Assembly (NCBI GenBank): GCA_028281385.1
Contig: JANQJY010000049.1
Span: 507-64,506 of the forward strand
DNA length: 64,000 nucleotides
DNA from: Rickettsiales bacterium
GTDB taxonomy: Bacteria > Pseudomonadota > Alphaproteobacteria > Rickettsiales > UBA3002
Direction of reading: 5' to 3'
The translations under genes and the position numbers were made by a program. The notes beneath the pieces were generated by a model, which made no database searches, was not told where the DNA came from, and worked only from the letters and a program-made list of their open reading frames with translations. Positions 40,789 through 48,961 of this stretch are shown one piece after another (position 1 is the first letter of the stretch; every line of letters begins with the position of its first letter).

Positions 40789-40947
40789 ATGGTGATCGGG
40801 GAGTTCGAAAAACCCACTATAGGAAGGTTCCCGCTGGTCTTTAGGGCAAGCCTTGGACATGCACCAACGGCTCCCCGACCATACGAACAGTCGAGGAGTA
40901 CGGATAACGGTGTACTAACCGCCTATAATGAGAGGTTTCGACGCCCC
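40789..40947 (-). ncRNA. Candidate structured 5' leader / cis-regulatory RNA of the prepilin gene
   Basis: Two overlapping long-range complementarities: 40789-40803 with 40871-40882, and 40805-40823 with 40922-40941. Confidence 0.45.
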
Positions 40948-41293
40948 AAAATGACTCTTGTCATTTCAGGGGAAAGTGTAGCAAAAAAATGTAGACGATA
41001 CAAGCAGCCTTACGGTTGAAGAGGCAGGTTTGTTACTGCAGTAAACGACGGGTAGTGAGCAGAATACTGTTTCCAGGCTTTTTCATGCTTGTTGCATTGC
41101 GTCATAGTCTCGCGTTGCGAATTCGCGCCGCACCTAATCTAAGCTATTGTCTTATATATAAAAGAATGTTGCTGCATCTGCGAGGTGCAATTGCAGCATG
41201 CGCATGTTGCGCTGCCGTAAAAATGCCAGCTTTTACAAGGGCCTGCACCGGCTGCATGGTATAATGAGAGGGTAACAACAAAGGAGACTTGTT

Positions 41294-41500
41294 ATGAAAC
41301 TTTTTCACATTATGAGCTTACTGCTGGTGTTGATCGGCGGTATTAACTGGGGCCTGGTGGGTCTGGTGGACCTTAACCTTGTTGGCACCATGTTTGGCGA
41401 CGGTATTTTGACGACCATCGTTTATCTGTTGGTCACCATATCGACGCTGTATCATGTATTCCCAATGATAATCAATCACTTCTCGGATACGGTATCCTAG
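41294..41500 (+). CDS. DUF378-family small membrane protein
   Basis: LVLIGGINWGLVGL..NLV...FG motif; AAGGAG RBS. Confidence 0.88.
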   Translation: MKLFHIMSLLLVLIGGINWGLVGLVDLNLVGTMFGDGILTTIVYLLVTISTLYHVFPMIINHFSDTVS

Positions 41501-41513
41501 AAGAACAACTTTG

Positions 41514-41540
41514 AAAGCCTCCGATTCGGAGGCTTTTTTT
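41514..41540 (+). terminator. Rho-independent terminator
   Basis: AAAGCCTCCGA-T-TCGGAGGCTTTTTTT. Confidence 0.85.
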
Positions 41541-41553
41541 TGGCGTCAATATA

Positions 41554-42783
41554 TCACGCCGCGTCTTTCAGGCCCATTTCCTTACGCAGCGCATCATCGA
41601 TCTTGTCCATAAAGGCTTCGGTGTTAAGCCAGGGTTGATTATTGCCGACCAGCAGCGCCAGATCCTTGGTCATATGGCCAGCTTCCACCGTCCCGATAAT
41701 CGCTTTTTCAAGTATGTTGGCAAAAGCCACGACATCTTCGGTGTTGTCAAACTGACCACGATAGCGCAGCCCCTGTGTCCAGGCGAAAATGGATGCGATG
41801 GGGTTGGTCGAGGTTTCGTTCCCTTTTTGATGCTCGCGGTAATGGCGCGTCACCGTACCATGTGCGGCCTCGGTCTCGACCGTATGGCCATCCGGCGTAA
41901 GCAGGACGGAGGTCATCAGCCCCAGCGAGCCAAAGCCTTGTGCCACGACATCGGATTGCACGTCACCATCATAATTCTTACAGGCCCAGACAAATCCACC
42001 CTTGGATTTAATCGCATAGGCGACCAGATCATCGATCAGCCGGTGTTCGTAATAGAGTCCTTTCGCGTCAAATTGCTCCTTGAATTCGTCGTCGAATATG
42101 CGCTGAAACGTATCTTTAAACTTTCCGTCATATTGTTTCATGATGGTATTTTTAGTCGATAAGAAGACCGGGTAATTCTCCTTCAGCCCGTAATTGAAGC
42201 AGGCGCGGGCGAATCCTTCGATTGATTCGACAAGATTATACATGCCCATTGCCACACCCTCGCCCGGAAAGTCATAAATTTTCTGAGTAATGGACGCCGA
42301 GCCGTCCTTGGGAGTGAAGGTAAAGGTCAGCGTACCCGGTTTGTCGATGACCATATCCGTTGCACGGTACTGATCACCAAAGGCATGACGACCAACGATA
42401 ATCGGCTTTTCCCAGCCCGGCACGTAACGCGGAATATTGCCGATGATAATAGGCGCGCGGAAAATCGTGCCGCCGAGGATATTGCGGATTGTCCCATTGG
42501 GGGATTTCCACATTTTTTTCAGTTTGAATTCCTCTACCCGTGCCTCGTCAGGTGTAATCGTTGCGCATTTAATACCGACGCCATATGTCTGAATCGCATG
42601 AGCAGCATCGATGGTGATCTGGTCATCTGTTGCGTCACGTTTTTGAATCGACAGGTCGTAATATTTCAGGTCAATGTCGAGATAAGGCAGGATAAGCTTG
42701 TCTTTGATCATCTGCCAGATGATGCGCGTCATCTCGTCACCATCCAGTTCAACGACCGGAGTTTTTACCTCTATTTTTGTCAT
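41554..42783 (-). CDS. icd: NADP-dependent isocitrate dehydrogenase
   Basis: [45 protein letters not shown]. Confidence 0.98.
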   Translation of the reverse strand: MTKIEVKTPVVELDGDEMTRIIWQMIKDKLILPYLDIDLKYYDLSIQKRDATDDQITIDAAHAIQTYGVGIKCATITPDEARVEEFKLKKMWKSPNGTIRNILGGTIFRAPIIIGNIPRYVPGWEKPIIVGRHAFGDQYRATDMVIDKPGTLTFTFTPKDGSASITQKIYDFPGEGVAMGMYNLVESIEGFARACFNYGLKENYPVFLSTKNTIMKQYDGKFKDTFQRIFDDEFKEQFDAKGLYYEHRLIDDLVAYAIKSKGGFVWACKNYDGDVQSDVVAQGFGSLGLMTSVLLTPDGHTVETEAAHGTVTRHYREHQKGNETSTNPIASIFAWTQGLRYRGQFDNTEDVVAFANILEKAIIGTVEAGHMTKDLALLVGNNQPWLNTEAFMDKIDDALRKEMGLKDAA

Positions 42784-42884
42784 GAATGCTCCTGCAGTGA
42801 ATCACTATTCATTATGCCGGAGAAAGAGAAAAAAAGCCAGCGTAACTCAAGTAAAACTGCGGGATTAGTCGTGCAGTGCAACAT

Positions 42885-42915
42885 AAAAAAACCTGCTTAA
42901 AAAAAGCAGGTTTTT
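42885..42915 (-). terminator. Rho-independent terminator of the cold-shock gene
   Basis: AAAAACCTGCTT-loop-AAGCAGGTTTTT. Confidence 0.8.
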
Positions 42916-42926
42916 ACATAAAATGC

Positions 42927-43142
42927 TTACGCGGCAGTATCGATCAACTGAATATTGGCAGCGGCTTCTTTGCCACGGCTTTCTTCAATCTCGTAGCTGA
43001 CCTTCTGGCCTTCATCTAGCTGTGCAAGGCCAGACTTTTCAATCGCGCTGATATGAACGAATACATCGCTCTGGCCCTCATCGGGGGTGATAAATCCATA
43101 TCCCTTGGTCGGGTTGAACCATTTGACGGTACCTGTTGCCAT
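42927..43142 (-). CDS. Cold-shock protein
   Basis: [23 protein letters not shown]; GGAG RBS before the ATG at 43142. Confidence 0.97.
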   Translation of the reverse strand: MATGTVKWFNPTKGYGFITPDEGQSDVFVHISAIEKSGLAQLDEGQKVSYEIEESRGKEAAANIQLIDTAA

Positions 43143-43326
43143 TATTAACTCTCCTGGCGTTAGTCTAAAATCTACACTCATACTATCTGGAAGATTTTTC
43201 TCCTCACAAAAAGCATAAATGCAATGTGGAAGGGTTTTGTAGGTCAGCCGGGCGAAAAAAGCAAATAATTAATTTTGTTGCGATTGAATAGCCGATAGAT
43301 AAGAGTTTGTTCATTTGAGGAATGAA

Positions 43327-44250
43327 ATGAGAAAAGCTACACAATTTCCGGATTTTTTTGTTATCGGCGCGCAGAAATGCGGCACCTCGTCTTTATGTGC
43401 CATGCTCGAGGCGCATCCGCAAATTGTCTTTTCCGTGCCCAAGGAACCGCTGTTTCTGTCCCGTGATGAAGTGCCACTGCATCCGCATTTTTTCGCCACC
43501 GACCCTTCCGGCTGGGACAGGCATGACTGGCAGGAAAAAGCAGAAGCCCTGCTGGAAGAGTATCGCGCCTGCTTCCCGGAAGCCAAAGAGGGACAACAGG
43601 TTGGTGAGGGGTCGACCAGCTATTTTCCCTCTCGAGTGGCGCCGATGCGAATTCACCATTACCGGCCCGATGCCAAACTGATTCTGCTGCTGCGTCATCC
43701 GGTCGCACGGGCTTACAGCGCCTATTGGCACCATGTGCGTCATGGCACTGCCATTCATTCCTTTGCGGGTCATTTGCGCTATGAAAATGGCATGATACTG
43801 GAAATGGGCCATTATGCCGAGCATCTGGCACGCTGGCAGCATTATTTCCCGAAAGAGCAGATGTATGTCGCAAGTTACGAACGATTTGTGCGTGAACCGT
43901 TGGTGGTTTTTAAAGATATCTGTGATTTTTTGACTATTGAATCCACCGAGCCATCTCATATTAGTCACAGCAATCGTGGTTCTGTGCCCCGTTTTCTGCG
44001 ATTACAGCTGATGATCAATTGGTTGCGGCGGATGGAGGGAAATCGCATGTCGGCTGTCCGGCATAATGATGATCATCACGTATCTGTTATCCTTCGGCTA
44101 CTGAATTGCCTGTCACGGTGGAACCTGTGCGAAACCCCTCCCCCGCCGATGAATACGGCGCTGGAGCAACGGTTGAACCGCTATTTCTGTCAGGCCAACG
44201 CCGGGCTGGATAAATTGGCCGACAAGGAGATGACAAAAGAGTGGTGGTGA
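43327..44250 (+). CDS. Sulfotransferase family protein
   Basis: PDFFVIGAQKCGTSSL (5'-PSB), LLRHPVARAYSAY (3'-PB). Confidence 0.92.
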   Translation: MRKATQFPDFFVIGAQKCGTSSLCAMLEAHPQIVFSVPKEPLFLSRDEVPLHPHFFATDPSGWDRHDWQEKAEALLEEYRACFPEAKEGQQVGEGSTSYFPSRVAPMRIHHYRPDAKLILLLRHPVARAYSAYWHHVRHGTAIHSFAGHLRYENGMILEMGHYAEHLARWQHYFPKEQMYVASYERFVREPLVVFKDICDFLTIESTEPSHISHSNRGSVPRFLRLQLMINWLRRMEGNRMSAVRHNDDHHVSVILRLLNCLSRWNLCETPPPPMNTALEQRLNRYFCQANAGLDKLADKEMTKEWW

Positions 44251-44386
44251 AGCCGATTTCAATTGCTAATGCTATTTCCACTATTCGATTCTGCAAATGC
44301 TTCCCAGCAACATTACCCGGCGCGAAGTCGTCGCTATCGAAGATTTATACAAAGAAAAGCCTGGTGCTAAAGCTATGGGCTTGATG

Positions 44387-44932
44387 CTACCTGAGTTTCT
44401 TAAGATGCTTTTCGAGTTGCTCTTCTATCTGATAAAGGCGTAGCACAGGTGATTTGAGTTCTTTTGACTCGCGCGCAGCATAGGTACGCAACTCGGATAA
44501 GCACTCTTGAAACATTGCGTTGATGATAAGTTCTAGCTCGACACCAAATTCTTTTTGAAGAGTCGTTTTAATCTGCTCCACATCGCGCAGTTGATTATGT
44601 TTTGCCCCCGTCCCTTGATTTTTTACAATCGGCGACCACAGCATAAAGTGTTTCTGATAATCGGCGAAGTATGCGTTCGCGTATTGGATGTCTTTTCTGA
44701 ACTTTCTGATAAATCGGTCTACATTATCCGGTTGCCTGTTCTTAACGTACTGCAGACCCGTTATGAGGTGAATTGCCACTTCACAGACATAGACGATCTT
44801 TTCTTTGGCGTTGATACCAACTACATCGATTTCTCCCTGCACATCGGGCGTATATAAATTATACTCCACAAAATCGCAGCCTTTTATAATCTTTAGGTAT
44901 TCCCCCGCTATTTCTTCGCCAATATTGTGCAT
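44387..44932 (-). CDS. Hypothetical protein, possible PD-(D/E)XK nuclease fold
   Basis: GEEIAGEYL...QGEIDVVGI...VCEV resembles the E...D...ExK arrangement; fold not verified. Confidence 0.6.
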   Translation of the reverse strand: MHNIGEEIAGEYLKIIKGCDFVEYNLYTPDVQGEIDVVGINAKEKIVYVCEVAIHLITGLQYVKNRQPDNVDRFIRKFRKDIQYANAYFADYQKHFMLWSPIVKNQGTGAKHNQLRDVEQIKTTLQKEFGVELELIINAMFQECLSELRTYAARESKELKSPVLRLYQIEEQLEKHLKKLR

Positions 44933-44962
44933 GTTAATCCTAACGTTTGTAATACCCAAATC

Positions 44963-45008
44963 TGGCGTCCCCGAGAGGATTCGAACCTCCGACCCTCAGA
45001 TTAGGAAT
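44963..45008 (-). pseudogene. 3' half of the host tRNA-Arg(CCT), split by integration (att junction)
   Basis: Minus strand ATTCCTAATCTGAGGGTCGGAGGTTCGAATCCTCTCGGGGACGCCA: anticodon loop, T-arm, 3' acceptor strand and CCA. Confidence 0.95.
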
Positions 45009-45127
45009 GGCCAGCCGGTAGCTATACACGCTTATAGCGTCTTTTTAAATCCCTCGCAATACCAGGCGGTTTAAAAGATAAGGTTGGCTGCGGGTTTTAC
45101 CCGATTATAGGGCCTTTTTAACTCTCG

Positions 45128-45147
45128 ACCTTGCTATCGCCTTGCTA
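45128..45147 (+). repeat. Integrase arm-type repeat, left copy
   Basis: ACCTTGCTATCGCCTTGCTA, identical to 54619-54638; made of two CCTTGCTA units. Confidence 0.8.
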
Positions 45148-45208
45148 CCGAGGTTGTTGAAGAAATAGCAGGTGGTAAGATTCCACCCACTACTCTTTCT
45201 GTGCAGGC

Positions 45209-45352
45209 TTATTTCTTTTTGTTTGGCCGCTGCGTTAATGCCGAGGCTGCAGCTGTTTTTGCTGCCTTACTGCTCTTAGGGTTACGCAACACCTTTGATG
45301 CTGCTGTACCAGCTTTCTTGCCTGTTTTTTCGCAACTACGTTTTTTAGTCAT
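45209..45352 (-). CDS. Small Lys/Ala-rich basic protein (47 aa), not in the ORF track
   Basis: Hand translation MTKKRSCEKTGKKAGTAASKVLRNPKSSKAAKTAAASALTQRPNKKK; AAGGAG RBS and ATGA overlap with the upstream stop. Confidence 0.8.
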   Translation of the reverse strand: MTKKRSCEKTGKKAGTAASKVLRNPKSSKAAKTAAASALTQRPNKKK

Positions 45353-45621
45353 GATAGTGCTCCTTCCTTAATGATATATTCTTGCCACGGAATTGCGGCA
45401 GGATGAATGTGTGACAGGAATTGGACTATATCCTTCCTGCCATAATATCTGGGACGCCCGCAGCTTTCTGCCATTAGAATGATGGGCATGTACCCAAATA
45501 CAGCTTGCAGTGATAAGATCATATCTTCTGCCTGGCGGTTATTATTAAGGATATGCGGTTTAACCACTGCAATGGCAAACGTCACTCCTTGTTCACGTAT
45601 AACGGCACCTTGTATTCTCAT
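45349..45621 (-). CDS. Hypothetical protein (90 aa)
   Basis: GAGGAG RBS before the ATG at 45621; MRIQGAVIREQGVTFAIAVVK...YYGRKDIVQFL...IPW. Confidence 0.8.
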   Translation of the reverse strand: MRIQGAVIREQGVTFAIAVVKPHILNNNRQAEDMILSLQAVFGYMPIILMAESCGRPRYYGRKDIVQFLSHIHPAAIPWQEYIIKEGALS

Positions 45622-45632
45622 GCTATCCTCCT

Positions 45633-45956
45633 CTATCTCGAGCCACATGGCGGGTTAAACTGAGTACGTAAATGTTGTTCAATTCGTAGCCGGTCTTGCT
45701 GGTTCGGAACGTAGATCACGGCAACACCGAGCTGCTTATAGCCCTGTGCCTTCCATTGCGACTTTCTATCGTGATTTTCTACCCTTGACCGAACGGCTTG
45801 AGATTCACCAACATCAAGAACAATCTCCCAATTCGACGAATTTCGCCCTAAAATGACATACACACCGCTTTGATCGCGGAGGTGTCCAGTGGATAAGTAT
45901 GGTCCCTCACATTTTATGCCAGCAAGGGTAATGGCATCTGACAATATCGTATTCAC
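45633..45956 (-). CDS. Small GIY-YIG-like domain protein
   Basis: SGVYVILG...VLDVGES..VRSRVENH...IEQHLR..FNPPC; start uncertain (GTG 45956 after AAGGA). Confidence 0.7.
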   Translation of the reverse strand: MNTILSDAITLAGIKCEGPYLSTGHLRDQSGVYVILGRNSSNWEIVLDVGESQAVRSRVENHDRKSQWKAQGYKQLGVAVIYVPNQQDRLRIEQHLRTQFNPPCGSR

Positions 45957-46096
45957 TACGCTATCCTTTTCTGAAATTAACAGAGGCAAAATTAACTTTA
46001 CCTTCAGACAAGGATTGCTAGAATACACGTGCTAAGGTGAGCGTTCCTTGCGAAGGCTTACAATGGGGAATGTGGCCTCGTCCCATTCCCCATAAT

Positions 46097-46633
46097 CTAA
46101 ATATCGTGTTTGATCATAATTTCCCTCCTAATTTCTGCTGCTTCGTAAGATACACCAAAATCATCGCTGATTTCTTCTATGTCATGATACTCTCGCACCA
46201 ATTTTGTTGGCATAAGTAGAAAGCTCGCGAACGTGTTTGCCTGCCATTCAGGATCTTTATATGCAGGCACTCGATCTGTTGTTGCCCTGTTTAATGCTAG
46301 CCGTTCATCTGAATGAAGAATTAAGTGACCTATTTCATGCGTTAAAGTGTAACGATCACGGCCATTGCCAGCGCATGCCCCTTCGTACACATCTTCTCGT
46401 AGGCATATAGTGGGTTCTCCTACTATTTTTCTTCCTTCCTCTCCACGCATCTCCCGTTCAGTTAGTATGCGAAGGTGATAGCCTTCTATAACCTCTGGCA
46501 ATACAAACTCTGCAATCTCAACAATCGGCAATCGTGGTTTCTCGCCTACAGGAAGCATTGAACGAAATCGCTCAGTGATCCCTGCTATCTTTGCACGACT
46601 AAGAGGCAGTGCCTCTAGTGCTAATTTACTCAT
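46097..46633 (-). CDS. ImmA/IrrE-family Zn metallo-endopeptidase
   Basis: RDRYTLTHEIGH (HExxH), EWQANTFASFLLMP, FGVSYEAA. Confidence 0.93.
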   Translation of the reverse strand: MSKLALEALPLSRAKIAGITERFRSMLPVGEKPRLPIVEIAEFVLPEVIEGYHLRILTEREMRGEEGRKIVGEPTICLREDVYEGACAGNGRDRYTLTHEIGHLILHSDERLALNRATTDRVPAYKDPEWQANTFASFLLMPTKLVREYHDIEEISDDFGVSYEAAEIRREIMIKHDI

Positions 46634-46988
46634 TTTCCTTTTCCTCCCCTCCCAGAATCGTCTTTATCGCATCAAGCTGTTCTGCATTTAATTTATCAAA
46701 CCCACGCGCGAGGGCTGCTATGCACTCTCCATCGTCAAGAGGATTGTGTTTAAGCATCGCCTCGTTTTTCGACATTAAGGCCTTATCTTCGAGTTTTACT
46801 TGCTGATCTTTTGATAATTTATAATGTTTCGTTATTTTCTTTATCAAGTCATCTGGGATGTCGCGCTTACCTGTTTCAATTGCGGATAGGTAAGATGATG
46901 AAATGTTTGCTGCCTCAGCCATATCCTTTAGAAGAATACCCTCTTCTAATCGCAACCTTCGCAGCTCTTTTCCAAATTCAGTTAACAT
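46626..46988 (-). CDS. XRE-family HTH repressor
   Basis: FGKELRRLR...LKDMAEAANISSSYLSAIETGKR; GGAGG RBS before the ATG at 46988; overlaps the peptidase start. Confidence 0.93.
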   Translation of the reverse strand: MLTEFGKELRRLRLEEGILLKDMAEAANISSSYLSAIETGKRDIPDDLIKKITKHYKLSKDQQVKLEDKALMSKNEAMLKHNPLDDGECIAALARGFDKLNAEQLDAIKTILGGEEKENE

Positions 46989-47148
46989 GGCAGTACCTCC
47001 CTGATTTTGGATTACAGTAACACAAGCGCCACGGAAGATCAACAAAGATTGAAAAGAAATCAACAAATTTGTGGATCGCAAATTGTTTTCCTTGCTTTCT
47101 CAGAGAGATACGCAATAATTCTTCTTAGAAACAGAAGATTAGAACCCG

Positions 47149-48330
47149 ATGCCGACCATTAAAATTACCAAGCGTGAAGTAGATGCGATACCGTATGCCG
47201 AATACGACAAGCAGCAATTCTATTGGGATACCGAGCTAAAGGGCTTTGGCCTGCGTGTCGGGCATAAATCCAAAACCTTTATCGTCCAGCGCGACATAAA
47301 TGGCAAAACCAAACGCACCACCATTGGTCGCTTTGACCCATGGACCGTCGAACAAGCGCGCACCGAAGCGCGGGAAATATTAATACAGATGGGCAAGGGC
47401 ATCGATATTGCCGCAGAAAAGCGCAAAGCTGCCGCCCAGTCGATCACGCTGACAGAAGCATGGGCGTTGCATAAAGAAGCGATGAAACGGAAAAATGCGT
47501 CGCCCAACACCATTGCCGATTATGACCGCGCAGTGAACACCCATCTGGCTAAATGGAAGAACCGCAACCTTGTCGATATTACGCGTGCAGAGGTAAAAGA
47601 AATGCACAGCACCATTGGCAAAACAGGTGGCTACGGCGCAAACGGTATTATGCGTTGCTTCCGTGCCATCTATAACACCGCGATGAAGGACAATGAGTTT
47701 TTGCCACCCAACCCCTGCATCGCCATCCAGTGGTTTAAGGAATATCGCCGGCAGGAACCTATCTCTGATAATAAACTGAAAGATTGGTACAAGCTGGTGC
47801 AAACCATCCCTAACACTGCACGGCGTGACTACCACCTGTTTGTAATTTTTACTGGACTACGCCGTACCGATGCCTGCACCATCAAATGGGCAGACATTGA
47901 TATGAAGGCCGGAACATTGCATCGGCCTAATCCGAAGGGCGGTAAGGAACGTGCCTTTACCATTCCACTACCCGATGTGTGTTTAGAGATATTGGAGCGG
48001 AGAAAGGAAGAAAACGCCATTCTCTACGGTAAGCGCTGTCCGTGGGTATTCGCTACCACAAATCGCAATGGTGAAGTGATTGCCATGCGTGATCCCAAAG
48101 AAACCAAGCGTGGTCTGCCATCGTCACACCGATTGCGCGATACCTATACCACAGCCTGCAACAGCGCTGGCTTGTCGGCTTATGATATTGAGGTCCTGAC
48201 CAACCATCGTCCCGCCAACAACAGTGTAACGGCTGGCTATATCAGCCAAAGCATTGACCATTTGCGAAAACAGCAGCAGAAAGTAGCCGATTATTTGAAG
48301 GGGAAAATGGGCTGGAATAAAACGGTATAA
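47149..48330 (+). CDS. Tyrosine recombinase/integrase with N-terminal arm-binding domain
   Basis: WDTELKGFGLRV arm domain; TGLRR, K(GG), HRLRDTY, LTNH, Y catalytic residues. Confidence 0.96.
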   Translation: MPTIKITKREVDAIPYAEYDKQQFYWDTELKGFGLRVGHKSKTFIVQRDINGKTKRTTIGRFDPWTVEQARTEAREILIQMGKGIDIAAEKRKAAAQSITLTEAWALHKEAMKRKNASPNTIADYDRAVNTHLAKWKNRNLVDITRAEVKEMHSTIGKTGGYGANGIMRCFRAIYNTAMKDNEFLPPNPCIAIQWFKEYRRQEPISDNKLKDWYKLVQTIPNTARRDYHLFVIFTGLRRTDACTIKWADIDMKAGTLHRPNPKGGKERAFTIPLPDVCLEILERRKEENAILYGKRCPWVFATTNRNGEVIAMRDPKETKRGLPSSHRLRDTYTTACNSAGLSAYDIEVLTNHRPANNSVTAGYISQSIDHLRKQQQKVADYLKGKMGWNKTV

Positions 48331-48673
48331 AAAGACGCTATAACAGTTTAGTAACATGCTGTAATATTGAAATTATTATGCTCTATTGCGCTTGACTTCT
48401 CTTGAGTTTATTGGCATATAGATAGGGTTGGTAGAGCGATCCACCATTAGGTGTGAGGTGACCATTTGCCCGGTGCAGTCCGGGGGCCAACCGGTGGGGA
48501 TTGAAGAGCGTGGGAAATCCCCTTAAAGCAAACGGCACGTGCCATTCTTAGTGATGGTCAGACCCGCCGCCGACACAGTTTTGTTTTATTAAACAATGCT
48601 AGTGTCGGTGCTTCTCTCAATTAATATGTCTGAATGAACTCCTGATGCTAGCTCTAACTATAAGGAGTTAGTA

Positions 48674-48961
48674 ATGTCTAAGATTAATGACAACATGGCT
48701 CATGTCATCGAGCAGTGTATAGATAATGCACTTAAAAAACTTTTCTCTCATGATTTTGCATACCCGGAATACTTTGACACTAAACGGGCTGCTGCCTACC
48801 TCGGCTTGAGCAAGCAACGGTTGGAAATATGGCGAGTTTCTGGAGATGGCCCCCCATACACTAAACTAGCCCAAGCCGTTCGCTACAAACGTAGCGACCT
48901 CGATGTGTTTATGGCCAAGCACCTCCGTAACAACACAACTGAGGGAGGGGCCAATGTCTAG
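48674..48961 (+). CDS. AlpA/excisionase-like HTH protein
   Basis: FDTKRAAAYLGLSKQRLEIWRVSGDGPPYTKL..AVRYKRSDLD; TAAGGAG RBS. Confidence 0.9.
   Translation: MSKINDNMAHVIEQCIDNALKKLFSHDFAYPEYFDTKRAAAYLGLSKQRLEIWRVSGDGPPYTKLAQAVRYKRSDLDVFMAKHLRNNTTEGGANV

Noticed and set aside
40789-41264. 76-aa and 82-aa ORFs upstream of the prepilin and DUF378 genes
   Set aside because: No clear RBS or motif; the region is better explained by the structured leader and TGC-rich regulatory boxes.
44255-44345. TTGCTA/TCGCTATCG motifs resembling the arm repeat, suggesting an older element end
   Set aside because: Matches are only 6-9 bp and no att core is nearby; not distinguishable from chance.
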